From the NCBI GenBank assembly GCA_046497275.1, contig JAWOFX010000172.1, positions 1 through 24,000 of the forward strand: a stretch of 24,000 bases of DNA. The letters are read 5' to 3'. Shown here piece after piece: positions 1-9,866 of this stretch; the first letter of the stretch is position 1, and each line of letters opens with the position of its first letter. The position numbers and the translations under genes are program-made. A model generated the notes under the pieces. The model was not told the origin of the DNA and made no database searches. It saw only the letters and a program-made list of their open reading frames with translations. Origin of the DNA: Promethearchaeia archaeon. GTDB taxonomy: Archaea > Asgardarchaeota > Lokiarchaeia > Sigyniarchaeales > SOKP01.

Positions 1-113
1 AAGTCTTAATATATGAGAAAAAATCTTTTTTAATCCGAGAAAGAGAAAAACTTGAAGATCTTATTGAAAAGCAACAAATCCCAGACCATCTTAAATAATG
101 TTTGTTTATTTGT

Positions 114-1607
114 TTAGCTTTTAGATAAGGGGATCATTAACACAAAATTAGTTCCTTTTTCATAATTGCCTTTTATACGTGATTGTATAGAGATCTCGCC
201 TTTATAGAATTCGATAATTTTTTTAACTAAAGATAACCCCAAACCTAAACCATTTGATTTGGTTGATGTTTCAAAATCACCCTTAAAAATTGTTTCTCTA
301 TGTGAGGGAGGGATACCTATTCCATTATCGATAAACTCTAATTTTACAAATTCCTTGTCATTTTTAGTGGTTTTAGCTGTATTTATATTTATTTTTATAG
401 GATCACTCTGATTATATTTGACAGCATTTATCAAAATATTTTCAAAAATATCTGTAATTAATTCATCTGCTCTTACATAAATAGGATCCTCTGGAATATT
501 GATCTCAAATTTGAGGTTTTTGTTTGAATAGTTTTCTTGTATATATTCCACAGTTTTTGCGATTTCCTCATTTATATTTATTGATTTTAACTGTTTTTCA
601 TAATTTTCAAGTTCTGTTAATCTAATCACGTTTTTTATTAGATTTGAACCCCGAAAAATTTGGTTTTTTATCTTATCGTGATATTTCTCTACATTATTTT
701 TTTCCATTTTATAAAGATCTAATGATGAGATAATATTCTGGAAAATATTATTAATATCATGAGCAAATAAATCTTTATAAAAATTGGTACGTTTATAGGT
801 TTGATTTAAAGATTGTTCTCTCTGTTTTAATTGTTGAAATAAGGCTTGTATCGGATTTTTAAGTCCAATTCGAACAATTCCAAGGTATATAAAATAAAAC
901 GAGATTATTTTAAAAATATGACCAATAATATTAGATATACCGTATAAATGTGTATAGAGAGTGAAAGCAAATTCAGAAATTATCGTTGCAATCAATGAAT
1001 AAATGATGAGTAAAAAAATTTCATGCGTAAAATCTCGCCTCCTCTTATAGAGTAAGACTATTGATATTAATAGAAATAAAATTATGATATATTCACTAAT
1101 AATTTTAAAATTGGTTAACCCACTTGCCGAAATGAAACAATCTGGAAAATAGCCATAAAATATCAAAAATAACATGATAAGAGTAACTACTGCATAGCAA
1201 ATTAGTAAGTTTGTATAATTTCCTTCAAATTTATAAGGAATCAAAGCAATTATGAATGAAATCGATTGCATATATCGAGCTAAAATCCATAATTGAGTAG
1301 GAAGATTAGCATCATATCCTACGAATATATTCATACCTTCATAAGAGAGTGTATGCAGTAAATCTATAAATGCTATGAAAAAAGAAGCAATTCCGTATCG
1401 TATAAAAAAACTTGATTCAGTAAAATTACGCGTATTCCACCCTATTATAAAAATACTTATTGCGATAACTATGCTGAATAATTCAGTAATAACATGGAAT
1501 AATAAAAAATTATAAGCACTAATTAATGAGATGGGGATTAATATTATTATAATTCCAAGTATTTTAACATAAGTTTTGGAGAGCAATTCGGTATTATTAT
1601 CTTTCAT
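114..1607 (-). CDS. Membrane sensor histidine kinase (multi-TM N-terminus resembling MASE3, C-terminal HisKA-like H-box and HATPase)
   Basis: 497 aa ORF; several hydrophobic N-terminal segments with LLHTLSYEGMNIF; putative H-box 'FYKDLFAHDINNIFQNI'; ATPase motifs 'ENILINAVKYN', 'FIDNGIGIP', 'NGLGLGLSLVKKIIE'. Confidence 0.88.
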   Translation of the reverse strand: MKDNNTELLSKTYVKILGIIIILIPISLISAYNFLLFHVITELFSIVIAISIFIIGWNTRNFTESSFFIRYGIASFFIAFIDLLHTLSYEGMNIFVGYDANLPTQLWILARYMQSISFIIALIPYKFEGNYTNLLICYAVVTLIMLFLIFYGYFPDCFISASGLTNFKIISEYIIILFLLISIVLLYKRRRDFTHEIFLLIIYSLIATIISEFAFTLYTHLYGISNIIGHIFKIISFYFIYLGIVRIGLKNPIQALFQQLKQREQSLNQTYKRTNFYKDLFAHDINNIFQNIISSLDLYKMEKNNVEKYHDKIKNQIFRGSNLIKNVIRLTELENYEKQLKSININEEIAKTVEYIQENYSNKNLKFEINIPEDPIYVRADELITDIFENILINAVKYNQSDPIKININTAKTTKNDKEFVKLEFIDNGIGIPPSHRETIFKGDFETSTKSNGLGLGLSLVKKIIEFYKGEISIQSRIKGNYEKGTNFVLMIPLSKS

Positions 1608-1852
1608 AAAATTCTCACAAATTGGGAGGGAAAAAAGTTAATCAAGAAAATAAAAATTTTTATTATTAGTAAATTTGTTTATAGTATTTATAATTATTAT
1701 TAGATTTAAAACCCAATCGAATATTTATAATTCTCTCAGATTAATCCTTCATAGAAATGGGAGGTTTTTTCAATAAAATTTTTTTTGTATGATCGAAGAA
1801 GCAATTATATTTTAAGATAATAAGATTTTTAAAAACAATAAATATATCTTGA

Positions 1853-2677
1853 TTATTTTAATGAGAGAACATCTCTCATCTCGTAGATTTTAGGTTCATT
1901 TTGCTCCATAACAAATTTAATAGCTTTAATTGCCCCTGTTGCGAAACAGTTTCTACTATGAGCTTGATGTTTAAATTCAATTCTTTCTCCAGAACCAGCA
2001 TATAAAACGATATGATCTCCTACAATATCGCCGGCTCTTATTGAATGAACTCCAATCTCATTCTTTGCTCCAACATTACGTTTATTAGGTCCTTTATCCC
2101 TTCCAAATTTTGCAACATCATCGAACTTACAATTAATCGCGTCACAAATAGTTTTCCCAATAGTAAGGGCTGTTCCAGAAGGAGAATCTAGCTTTCTATG
2201 ATGATGTGTTTCAATTATTTCTATATCCCAATCTTCTAAATATTTTGATAATATCGAAACCATTTTAAAGAACACATTAACTCCTGTTGCCATATTTGAT
2301 GAGATAACTGCGGGAATTTCATTTTTTTCCATAATTTCTCTGAATTTTTCTAAAAATGTATTAGATAATCCCGTGGTGCCAATCACACATCTAATTCCTT
2401 TTTTAGCGCATATTAAAGAATTTATCTCAGTCGCTTTTGCTACAGTAAAATCAACCGCAACCTCTGGATGAGTCTGCTCAACAATATCTTCAAGATTTTT
2501 TACATCTGATATAATGATTTGATTTGTGTCAGTTTCACTCACTAAATTTCCTAATTTTTTCCCGATATTTTTAATATCACATGCAGCGACGACTTCAATA
2601 TTTTCATCATTTAATGCTAGTTTTGATACTAATTTTCCCATTGAACCCGAAGGTCCAAAAATTAATAATTTAATCAC
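1853..2677 (-). CDS. dapB: 4-hydroxy-tetrahydrodipicolinate reductase
   Basis: 274 aa; N-terminal 'KLLIFGPSGSMGKLV', catalytic-region 'IIETHHHRKLDSPSGTAL', 'IHSIRAGDIVGDH'; GTG start; follows dapA on the same strand. Confidence 0.95.
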   Translation of the reverse strand: MIKLLIFGPSGSMGKLVSKLALNDENIEVVAACDIKNIGKKLGNLVSETDTNQIIISDVKNLEDIVEQTHPEVAVDFTVAKATEINSLICAKKGIRCVIGTTGLSNTFLEKFREIMEKNEIPAVISSNMATGVNVFFKMVSILSKYLEDWDIEIIETHHHRKLDSPSGTALTIGKTICDAINCKFDDVAKFGRDKGPNKRNVGAKNEIGVHSIRAGDIVGDHIVLYAGSGERIEFKHQAHSRNCFATGAIKAIKFVMEQNEPKIYEMRDVLSLK

Positions 2678-2704
2678 TCTAAAACACCTAATAAAAATAG
2701 ATTT

Positions 2705-3604
2705 TTATATTAAATTTTGCTGTTTCAATACAGCTTTTATTTTTTCTTTACTCTCTTCTAAAGGAGGAGTAAGTGGTAATCTCATTTTTCCATTCATAAT
2801 ATTCATAAGTTCAGCAGCATATTTTACAGGGCCTGGATTTGTTTCTATAAAAATTACTTTAAATAAATCATAGAGCTCCAAATGTTCTTTCCTTGCATTC
2901 CCCCATTTATGATTTCCCATTAATTTTATAAATTCTACCATACGTTTTGGAATAATATTAGATGCTACACTAATAACACCTTTACCTCCTAAAGCCATTA
3001 AGTGATAGGTCATTGGATCATCACCACTTAATACTATAAAATCCTCTGGAGTCATTTTAATAATTCTAGTTATTTGATTAATATCTCCACTTGCACATTT
3101 TATTCCTATAATATTATCTTTATTATATGCTAATTTAGAAATAGTTTCTGGTTCTAAATTGCGACCAGTTCTACTAGGAACATTATAAAGAATAATTGGA
3201 CTTGAAACTGCGTCGGCAATCGTAGCAAAGTGATCATAAAGAGAATGCTGTACTGGTTTATTATAATAAGGCACCACAATTAATAATCCATCTGCTCCTG
3301 CTTTTTCAGCATATTTACTTAAAGATATCGCCTCTCTGGTGGAATTACTTCCAGTACCCGCTAATACGAAAGGTTGCTTTCCACTTTTACGAGCTTCATC
3401 AATAGTAATGTCAATTGCTTGATGATGTTCATCATGAGAAAGAGTTGCACTCTCTCCAGTAGTTCCCATTGTTAAAAGGTGGCATCCATTTTCGATTTGA
3501 AAGCGTATGAACTCACGGTATTTTTTTTCATCGATAGACATGTCTTCTTTGAACGGAGTAATCATTGCCGTTATTACGGTATTATTCAACTTATCATGTG
3601 TCAT
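2705..3604 (-). CDS. dapA: 4-hydroxy-tetrahydrodipicolinate synthase
   Basis: 299 aa; 'GTTGESATLSHDEH', 'YYNKPVQHSLYDHF', 'ILYNVPSRTG', 'IIGIKCASGD' (Schiff-base Lys region); SD-like gagg upstream of ATG. Confidence 0.96.
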   Translation of the reverse strand: MTHDKLNNTVITAMITPFKEDMSIDEKKYREFIRFQIENGCHLLTMGTTGESATLSHDEHHQAIDITIDEARKSGKQPFVLAGTGSNSTREAISLSKYAEKAGADGLLIVVPYYNKPVQHSLYDHFATIADAVSSPIILYNVPSRTGRNLEPETISKLAYNKDNIIGIKCASGDINQITRIIKMTPEDFIVLSGDDPMTYHLMALGGKGVISVASNIIPKRMVEFIKLMGNHKWGNARKEHLELYDLFKVIFIETNPGPVKYAAELMNIMNGKMRLPLTPPLEESKEKIKAVLKQQNLI

Positions 3605-3730
3605 TTTAGTTTCCTCATTATTTTTCTTATATAAATATTTGACTTTATTTAAAATATTATTGATTTTCGAATAAATATCAATAAAATTAGTTGATTTGTG
3701 AAAGATAGGGAAAAAAATTACCAGAAAAAA

Positions 3731-5074
3731 TTAAATTCTGTTTTTCTTATCTTTTTCTAATTTCTTTTTTATAATAAAACCCATTCTGGACTGTAAACCC
3801 CATAAAGGGATAAAACCATAACTCAGCTTCTGATCAAAGGAACTTCCCGCATCATAAGTGGCTAGATTTAAATCATAAATTCCATAGGGAGATTCGCGAG
3901 CGACAACATTAGCAGAACCTTTAAATAATTTTAGCTTTACACTTCCGATTACTTTTTTATTAATTTCATCGATAAACGCTTGTAATGAATCTCTTAAAGG
4001 ATCAACCCATAATCCTTCATATGCAAGTTCAGTCCATCTCTGGTCCACTATACTTTTAAATGAATTCTCATGTTTAGTACATACATATTTCTCTAAATCT
4101 TTATGTGCTTTAATTAGAATAAGAGCTGCGGGTACTTCATATGTTTCTCGGGATTTTAATCCAATAGCACGATCTTCCATATGTTCTATCCTTCCAACTC
4201 CGTGCTTACATCCTAGTTCATGAAGTTTGAATACAATTTCCACTCCATTCATCCTCTCTCCATTTAATCCAATGGGAATTCCCTCCTCAAAATTAATAGT
4301 TATATTTTCAGGAGTGTCTGGTGCATTTTTAGGATTCTTGGTCCATACTTTCGAATCTTCTGGAGGTTCAATTTCTGGATGATCCAAAATATCACATTCA
4401 GCACTACGTCCAAATAAATTCTCATCAATACTATATTTTTTATTTTGATTTGGAATTGGAATACCATGCTGTTCTGCATATTTCATCTCCTCATCTCGTC
4501 CCATATTCCATTCGATGAGCGGTTGCAGTATTTCTATGTCTGGAGCATAGGCTTTAGCAGTTACGTTAAATCGAATCTGATCATTTCCTTTTCCGGTACA
4601 TCCGTGAGCAATTACCGGAATATTTTCTTTCTTAGCAATTTTTATAGCTTCAATAGCGATTAATGGTCTGCCGACAGCTGTACTCAGGGGATAAATTCCT
4701 TGATATAGCCCATTTGCTTTTATTACCGGAAAAATATATTCATTAACAAAAACTTCTTTCAGATCAACTATATAATGTTTTATCGTACCTAATTTTTTTG
4801 CTTTCTCCTCAATTTCTCTGAATCTGGTTGGATCCGCAAATTCTTGGCCTAAGTCCGCTGTAAACGTATAAACTTTAGCATTATAAGTTTCTTGTAGCCA
4901 TTTTAAAATAATGCTTGTGTCAAGACCTCCTGAATACATCAATAATATTTTCGAGTAGCTCTCCTTTTTAGATCCTAACATATTTATAATTAGTATATCA
5001 TATTTTTTCTTATTTTGGATTATTGGTTTTTTAACAAAAATTAAACTTAAAATTAAATATAGAATCTTATTCAT
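3731..5074 (-). CDS. argG: Argininosuccinate synthase
   Basis: 'YSGGLDTSIILKWL' P-loop, 'GCTGKGNDQIRF', 'LYGIYPLSTAVGRPLI'. The annotated hydrophobic N-terminal extension is atypical; the true start is probably near 4981 or further downstream. Confidence 0.95.
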   Translation of the reverse strand: MNKILYLILSLIFVKKPIIQNKKKYDILIINMLGSKKESYSKILLMYSGGLDTSIILKWLQETYNAKVYTFTADLGQEFADPTRFREIEEKAKKLGTIKHYIVDLKEVFVNEYIFPVIKANGLYQGIYPLSTAVGRPLIAIEAIKIAKKENIPVIAHGCTGKGNDQIRFNVTAKAYAPDIEILQPLIEWNMGRDEEMKYAEQHGIPIPNQNKKYSIDENLFGRSAECDILDHPEIEPPEDSKVWTKNPKNAPDTPENITINFEEGIPIGLNGERMNGVEIVFKLHELGCKHGVGRIEHMEDRAIGLKSRETYEVPAALILIKAHKDLEKYVCTKHENSFKSIVDQRWTELAYEGLWVDPLRDSLQAFIDEINKKVIGSVKLKLFKGSANVVARESPYGIYDLNLATYDAGSSFDQKLSYGFIPLWGLQSRMGFIIKKKLEKDKKNRI

Positions 5075-5122
5075 TTATGATCGATGATAGTGAATAATTA
5101 TTAAATAAAAGGGGTTTAAAAA

Positions 5123-7000
5123 GTGAAAAGCGATAACTCCATCTTCTCAAATACTTTCTATAAAAATATTATAGACTCACTTGATATACCAATATTAATT
5201 ATAAAAAAAATAGATAATCAATTTCTTATTATTGATTGTAATCTTGCTAGTGTAGAGATTTTTGAAAGAAATAAAGGAGATTTATTTGATCTAGATATAA
5301 TAGAACTTTACAAGAATGAAAAAATTATAGAAGATTTGAAAGAATGTTTCAATAAAAAAACACAATTCTCAAAATTAAGAAAATTACAGTATTTAGAATC
5401 TAAAGAACCCAAAATACAGATTATAAAATATCATTATATTGAATCAAATATGGCATTTTTATACTTTCAAAGTATAGAAAAATGTTTTGGGGATACTAAA
5501 AATAACAAAATGCAAGAAAAATATGTTCTGGAGAATCTTATCGAGCATATAGTCTTTCAAGATAACAATCACACAATTTTATGGGCAAATGAAGCCGCAA
5601 TAAAATCTATAAATGCAGATTTAAGTGATTTGGTAGGTAAGAAATGTTACGAAGTATGGGCAAATAGAAGTACTCCTTGTGAGAACTGTCCTGTTGAAGC
5701 TGCTATTAAATCGGGGAAATCAGAAATTGGCCAACAATCAACTTATGATGGAAGAGGATGGTATATTAAAGGTTTTCCAGTTAAAGATACTTACAATAAT
5801 ATAATTGGAGCTATAGAATATACAATTGATATAACAGAATGGTCTAATTTAGAAAAAGAATTATTAAATAAAACTAGATTAATGCATAAAATAACAGAAA
5901 CAAGCCCTGTTGCAATTACTCTTTTAAATCTGGAGGGAAATATTATTTTTTCTAACAAACGAGCAAAAGAGATTTTTGGGTTAAAGAGAGAAGAGATGTT
6001 AAGTAGAAAGTATAATTCTAAAGAATGGCAAATACATGATTTAGATGGTAATCCTTTCCCCGACGAAGAATTACCATTTCGTAAAGTAATAGAAAGGAAA
6101 AAGCCATATTATGGTATTAAACATCGGATAACAAATTCCGATGGAGATATGAAATATTTATCTATAAATGCGGCACCTTTATTTGGTGAAAATAAAGAGC
6201 TGATCAATATAGTCACTTCTATTGAAGATATTACTGAACAAAAAAAAACAGAGCAAAAACTTATAGAATCAGAAAAAAAATATCGTGAAGCATATAGCCA
6301 AATCAACCTATATAAAGATATTTTTGCCCATGATATAAATAATATTTTACAAAATATTTCCACATCAATCGAACTCTTAGATATATATTCAAACGAGAGT
6401 TATGTTTCAGATAATTTTAATGAAATTATTAAGATTATTGAAAAACAAGTTATGAGAGGGGCAAATCTTAATTCTAATATAAATGTGTTATCTCAATTAG
6501 AAAATAAAATAGAATCTTTAAAGCCAATCAACGCTCTTACCTATTTGAGAAAATCAGTTAATAAAATTAAAGATCATATGAAATACGACAAAAATATTGA
6601 AATAGAGATCAAAAGACTCCCCGTGGGAAATGATGTTTATATCAGAGCAAATAGTTTGATTGAATATCTATTTGATAATATTCTATTAAACTCAATATTA
6701 CACAATAAAAATGATCTTATTACTATTGAAATTAATATTGCACGAAAAGAAATAGAAGATTCAGATTATTTAACGATTGAATTCATAGATAATGGTGTTG
6801 GATTCATAGATGATTTTAAAAAGGAAATTTTTAGAAATAGTAAGGAATATAAAAGATTGGAGGGAATAGGCTTAGGATTTATGTTGATAAAGAAAATCAT
6901 AGAAACCTATGTAGGAAAAATTGAGATTGAAAATCGGAACGCTGATGATCCAAGCCAAGGAAGTAGATTTCTTCTTGTTTTGCCTGCAGCAAATATTTGA
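5123..7000 (+). CDS. Multi-PAS sensor histidine kinase
   Basis: PAS-like segments ('FQDNNHTILWANEAAIKSI', 'AITLLNLEGNIIFSNKRAKEIFG'), Cys-containing PAS 'CYEVWANRSTPCENCPVEAA', H-box 'LYKDIFAHDINNILQNI', 'FIDNGVGFIDDF', 'GIGLGFMLIKKIIE'. GTG start after aaagggg. Confidence 0.9.
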   Translation: MKSDNSIFSNTFYKNIIDSLDIPILIIKKIDNQFLIIDCNLASVEIFERNKGDLFDLDIIELYKNEKIIEDLKECFNKKTQFSKLRKLQYLESKEPKIQIIKYHYIESNMAFLYFQSIEKCFGDTKNNKMQEKYVLENLIEHIVFQDNNHTILWANEAAIKSINADLSDLVGKKCYEVWANRSTPCENCPVEAAIKSGKSEIGQQSTYDGRGWYIKGFPVKDTYNNIIGAIEYTIDITEWSNLEKELLNKTRLMHKITETSPVAITLLNLEGNIIFSNKRAKEIFGLKREEMLSRKYNSKEWQIHDLDGNPFPDEELPFRKVIERKKPYYGIKHRITNSDGDMKYLSINAAPLFGENKELINIVTSIEDITEQKKTEQKLIESEKKYREAYSQINLYKDIFAHDINNILQNISTSIELLDIYSNESYVSDNFNEIIKIIEKQVMRGANLNSNINVLSQLENKIESLKPINALTYLRKSVNKIKDHMKYDKNIEIEIKRLPVGNDVYIRANSLIEYLFDNILLNSILHNKNDLITIEINIARKEIEDSDYLTIEFIDNGVGFIDDFKKEIFRNSKEYKRLEGIGLGFMLIKKIIETYVGKIEIENRNADDPSQGSRFLLVLPAANI

Positions 7001-7254
7001 GATTATTTTTTATTCTTTCCGATTTATTGTACAATCACTATAAAGTAAAAAAAATTAAATAGTTCATAAATTATATTTTAATAAAATCTTAGATTTTTAA
7101 TGATATTTTTATAAATTTCTTTCCTAGTTGGGAGGAGGATCATTTTAACTACAAAGAACTGCCATAAAAAAGTCCTAAAGAAAAAAACATATCATTATAA
7201 TTATAGTAAATCCTTGGCGGAAACTTTTATAAGATTATATTTGGAGGGATAAAA

Positions 7255-7626
7255 ATTACTTCAGTATTCATTGTGGAAGATGATAGATCAATACAGACCT
7301 TATATAAAAAGTTTCTTGATTTATACGGTTTTAATGTAGCCGGAACCGCCAGTAATGGTGAAGAAGCTGTCCAAAAATTTAGATCTTTTATTAAAAAACC
7401 AGATATAATACTTATGGATCATAGAATGCCAGTTAAAGACGGAATTGAAGCTACAAAAGAAATTCTCTCCATAGATAGTAGTATCAATATAATTTTTGCT
7501 AGTGCAGATAAAACAATAATGGATGAAGCACAAAAGTTGGGTATAATTAGTTTTCTTGAAAAACCATTTAGTTTAGAAATCCTGATTGATTGTATTAAAA
7601 ATCTGGGAACCCAAAAATCAGTTTAG
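7255..7626 (+). CDS. Single-domain response regulator (receiver); start extended upstream of the tracked GTG at 7273
   Basis: '(I/M)TSVFIVEDDRSIQ...DIILMDHRMPVKDG...IIFASAD...FLEKPF'. The receiver beta-1 strand is encoded in frame upstream of 7273. No ATG/GTG/TTG exists in frame between the TAA at 7207 and 7273. GGAGGG at 7243-7248 is well placed for ATT at 7255. Confidence 0.85.
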   Translation: MTSVFIVEDDRSIQTLYKKFLDLYGFNVAGTASNGEEAVQKFRSFIKKPDIILMDHRMPVKDGIEATKEILSIDSSINIIFASADKTIMDEAQKLGIISFLEKPFSLEILIDCIKNLGTQKSV

Positions 7627-7661
7627 TCCTCTCCAGCCGGAGAATCAAAAAATTGTTCTAG

Positions 7662-7787
7662 ATTATAAGGATTGATTATTTAGATAAATTCAAAGGAAGT
7701 TTAATTGGGACTGCCCTCGGAGATACTCTTGGGCGTCCATTCGAAGGAAAGCTTAGGAACAGCATACGTGGAAATTTTGAATCCTAA
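7662..7787 (+). pseudogene. Remnant of the N-terminus of an ADP-ribosylglycohydrolase (DraG/ARH-like) gene
   Basis: Frame open only from 7662 to the TAA at 7785-7787: 'DKFKGSLIGTALGDTLGRPFEGKLRNSIRGNFES*', matching the family N-terminal pattern G-x2-G-x-A-x-GD-x-LG-x-P-x-E. No plausible continuation downstream before the next gene. Confidence 0.6.
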
Positions 7788-7849
7788 ATATTGCCGAAAG
7801 ACTACATGGTAAATTTCAAAAATGAGTTTTTATTTATGTTTCTCATAAT

Positions 7850-8476
7850 TTAGAAAGAGTTACTCGAAATATTCACAGCGTTGAAATATTTTTTTGCCAA
7901 TCTGGCATAATAATAGAAAAAATATGCCATAATAAGAAAGAAGATTGAGGTAAAAAAAATGGAAAAAATTAGGAAAGATGAATTTAAGAATAGCGGGAAA
8001 AACAAAATTAAGGCTAAAATGCCTGCTAAATTTATTAATGAATATAATAAAGTAAGTTTAGCATAATTATGAAAACCTTTTTGAGGATTTTCTTTTTTTA
8101 AGACTTTTAGACATCTATAACAGATTAAAGAGCCGTCCTGATTCTTTTTTTGGTCTCTTTTAAACTTTCTTAGAATTGTAAAAATATTTCTAATATTTCG
8201 TTTACATATAGAACATTTAAATTGATTGCTGATTAATGACATATCATCCAAAATTTTTGTAATTTCAGACTTAGGAAAAAAACATTTATCGTTCTTATAA
8301 TTTTGGCAAGTTATACAAGTCAAGTTTTTAAAAGTTAGAAAATTTAATGCAAAATCATAAGTAGAATATTTCATGATATCATATGCTGAGTGATTTTTAC
8401 AAAGTACAAAACCATTCTTATTTATTTTAAATTTTGGGATAATATAATCCCGATTATTCAAATCTCTCTTGCCCAT
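7850..8476 (-). CDS. Hypothetical membrane protein with Cys-rich zinc-ribbon-like region
   Basis: 208 aa; paired Cys motifs 'CITCQNYKNDKCFF', 'FKCSICKRNI', 'LICYRCLKVL', followed by two hydrophobic TM-like segments. Confidence 0.65.
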   Translation of the reverse strand: MGKRDLNNRDYIIPKFKINKNGFVLCKNHSAYDIMKYSTYDFALNFLTFKNLTCITCQNYKNDKCFFPKSEITKILDDMSLISNQFKCSICKRNIRNIFTILRKFKRDQKKNQDGSLICYRCLKVLKKENPQKGFHNYAKLTLLYSLINLAGILALILFFPLFLNSSFLIFSIFFTSIFFLIMAYFFYYYARLAKKYFNAVNISSNSF

Positions 8477-8677
8477 ATCTTTTCGTTTTTGTAATAATAT
8501 TATCGTGGTTATAAAATTTAAGCTATGAGAGAATAAATAAGAATTTAAATTTTATTTTCTTAACAAGAGAAATCTGATTATGCTTCGAGAAAGAATAAAA
8601 AAATTAAAAATACACGAAATATTTATTATTTTATACCGAGTTTAAAAATTTTCTTCTAACACTCGTTTCATAAAAAC

Positions 8678-8751
8678 GGGAGGGTAGTCTAGCTTGGTAT
8701 GATTCCTGGTTTGGGACCAGGAGGCCGCGGGTTCGAATCCCGTCTCTCCCA
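8678..8751 (+). tRNA. tRNA-Pro(TGG)
   Basis: Cloverleaf by eye: acceptor GGGAGGG/CTCTCCC, anticodon stem CCTGG/CCAGG with loop TTTGGGA (anticodon TGG at 8712-8714), T-arm GCGGG-TTCGAAT-CCCGT, discriminator A. CCA not encoded; T-run follows. Confidence 0.95.
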
Positions 8752-8814
8752 TTTTTTACTTTCTAATAAATTTAAGTAATTAGAATACTTTTATAGTTTT
8801 TATCAAAATTATTT

Positions 8815-9081
8815 TCAGTTTTTTTCATATTCTTCAATAATAAGCGTTTCAGGAATGATTTCTAATATAGTTGAAATAAAGGAAATCATAACGGCCAAAT
8901 TGGAGGTAATAATCTTATAATATTTATGAAATCTTCTCTTCTGTTTGATTTTGATATTCTCATTAAAGAATTCTAAAACATCAACTATATCTTTTTCAAA
9001 TTCAGTATCACGCTCAATCCACGCAACTATATTTGAATATTTCTTATCTAAATCTTTTTTTAACTTTAATTTAATTATCAT
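8815..9081 (-). CDS. Hypothetical small protein with a C-terminal hydrophobic segment
   Basis: 88 aa ORF with no recognisable motif; noncoding on the opposite strand. Confidence 0.45.
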   Translation of the reverse strand: MIIKLKLKKDLDKKYSNIVAWIERDTEFEKDIVDVLEFFNENIKIKQKRRFHKYYKIITSNLAVMISFISTILEIIPETLIIEEYEKN

Positions 9082-9189
9082 AATATTTGAATGAAGAAAA
9101 CTCTCGTATTTTAAGTTAATAATAAGTTAGGATTAATCTTCTTAAACACATAGATTTCTTCGAAAAAATATTAAAACAAAAGAAAAAAA

Positions 9190-9732
9190 TTATTTTTTAA
9201 ATAATTTTATTAATTGTACTATAGCAGCAATAATGATATATCCAAGAACCAGAATAAAAAAGATGTACTTGAAGAGTGCGAAGAATGAATGAACAATAGC
9301 AATAATGTTAGGAAATCCAAAAGGATCCGCTAGAGTAATAAGGATAAATACATTTTCGATCGCATCAAATAAAGCTGCCGCTATTCCTAATAGAGCAATA
9401 ATTAAACCTATTTGTTTTGCTTTTGATTCTTGTTCAAATATCCGAGCAATTAATAAAGACACAGAAAAAAAGATCAATCCATAACCAAGCATAAATCCAT
9501 AGTCTAGTAATTGACCAATCAGATACAAATTAATATCTGTCGCACTATAATAGAGCTTTAAAAGCTCACCACTGAAGGATAATTGACTTTGGAAAAACCC
9601 CACGGGAAAACCAGAGATCATAAAAAAATAACTCATTATAGGATAGACTATAACGAGTAAAATTATTGCGAGAATTATTGTTCTTTTTAATATTTTAGAA
9701 GACGGCCATTCTGATAATTTATTAAAATACAT
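9190..9732 (-). CDS. Hypothetical integral membrane protein (about 5 TM)
   Basis: 180 aa with several hydrophobic stretches ('ILAIILLVIVYPIMSYFFM', 'QIGLIIALLGIAAALFDAI', 'IFFILVLGYIIIAAIVQLI'). Confidence 0.65.
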   Translation of the reverse strand: MYFNKLSEWPSSKILKRTIILAIILLVIVYPIMSYFFMISGFPVGFFQSQLSFSGELLKLYYSATDINLYLIGQLLDYGFMLGYGLIFFSVSLLIARIFEQESKAKQIGLIIALLGIAAALFDAIENVFILITLADPFGFPNIIAIVHSFFALFKYIFFILVLGYIIIAAIVQLIKLFKK

Positions 9733-9866
9733 ATTAATCGTTTATCTCGATTAATAATTAAATATTCCTATTTGAGAAATAATAAATTCTACTAACAAAA
9801 AAAGAATATGGATATAATATACGGTTTTAGGAAAAATTTTATTCAAAATTTATCGTATTTTCTTGC

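Noticed and set aside
13-99. Possible 28-aa + strand ORF at the window edge (MRKNLFLIREREKLEDLIEKQQIPDHLK)
   Set aside because: Too short and at the edge; could be the tail of an upstream gene or chance; not supportable.
2526-2873. 115-aa + strand ORF
   Set aside because: Antisense to the strongly supported dapB/dapA genes, no motifs; shadow ORF.
4445-4663. 72-aa + strand ORF
   Set aside because: Antisense inside argG; shadow ORF.
4981-5074. Membrane-anchoring N-terminal extension of ArgG
   Set aside because: The hydrophobic extension MNKILYLILSLIFVKKP is upstream of the normal start region of argininosuccinate synthase and is most likely an over-extended start, not a real anchor.
6109-6363. 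84-aa - strand ORF
   Set aside because: Antisense inside the PAS histidine kinase; shadow ORF.
7321-7533. 70-aa - strand ORF
   Set aside because: Antisense inside the response regulator receiver domain.
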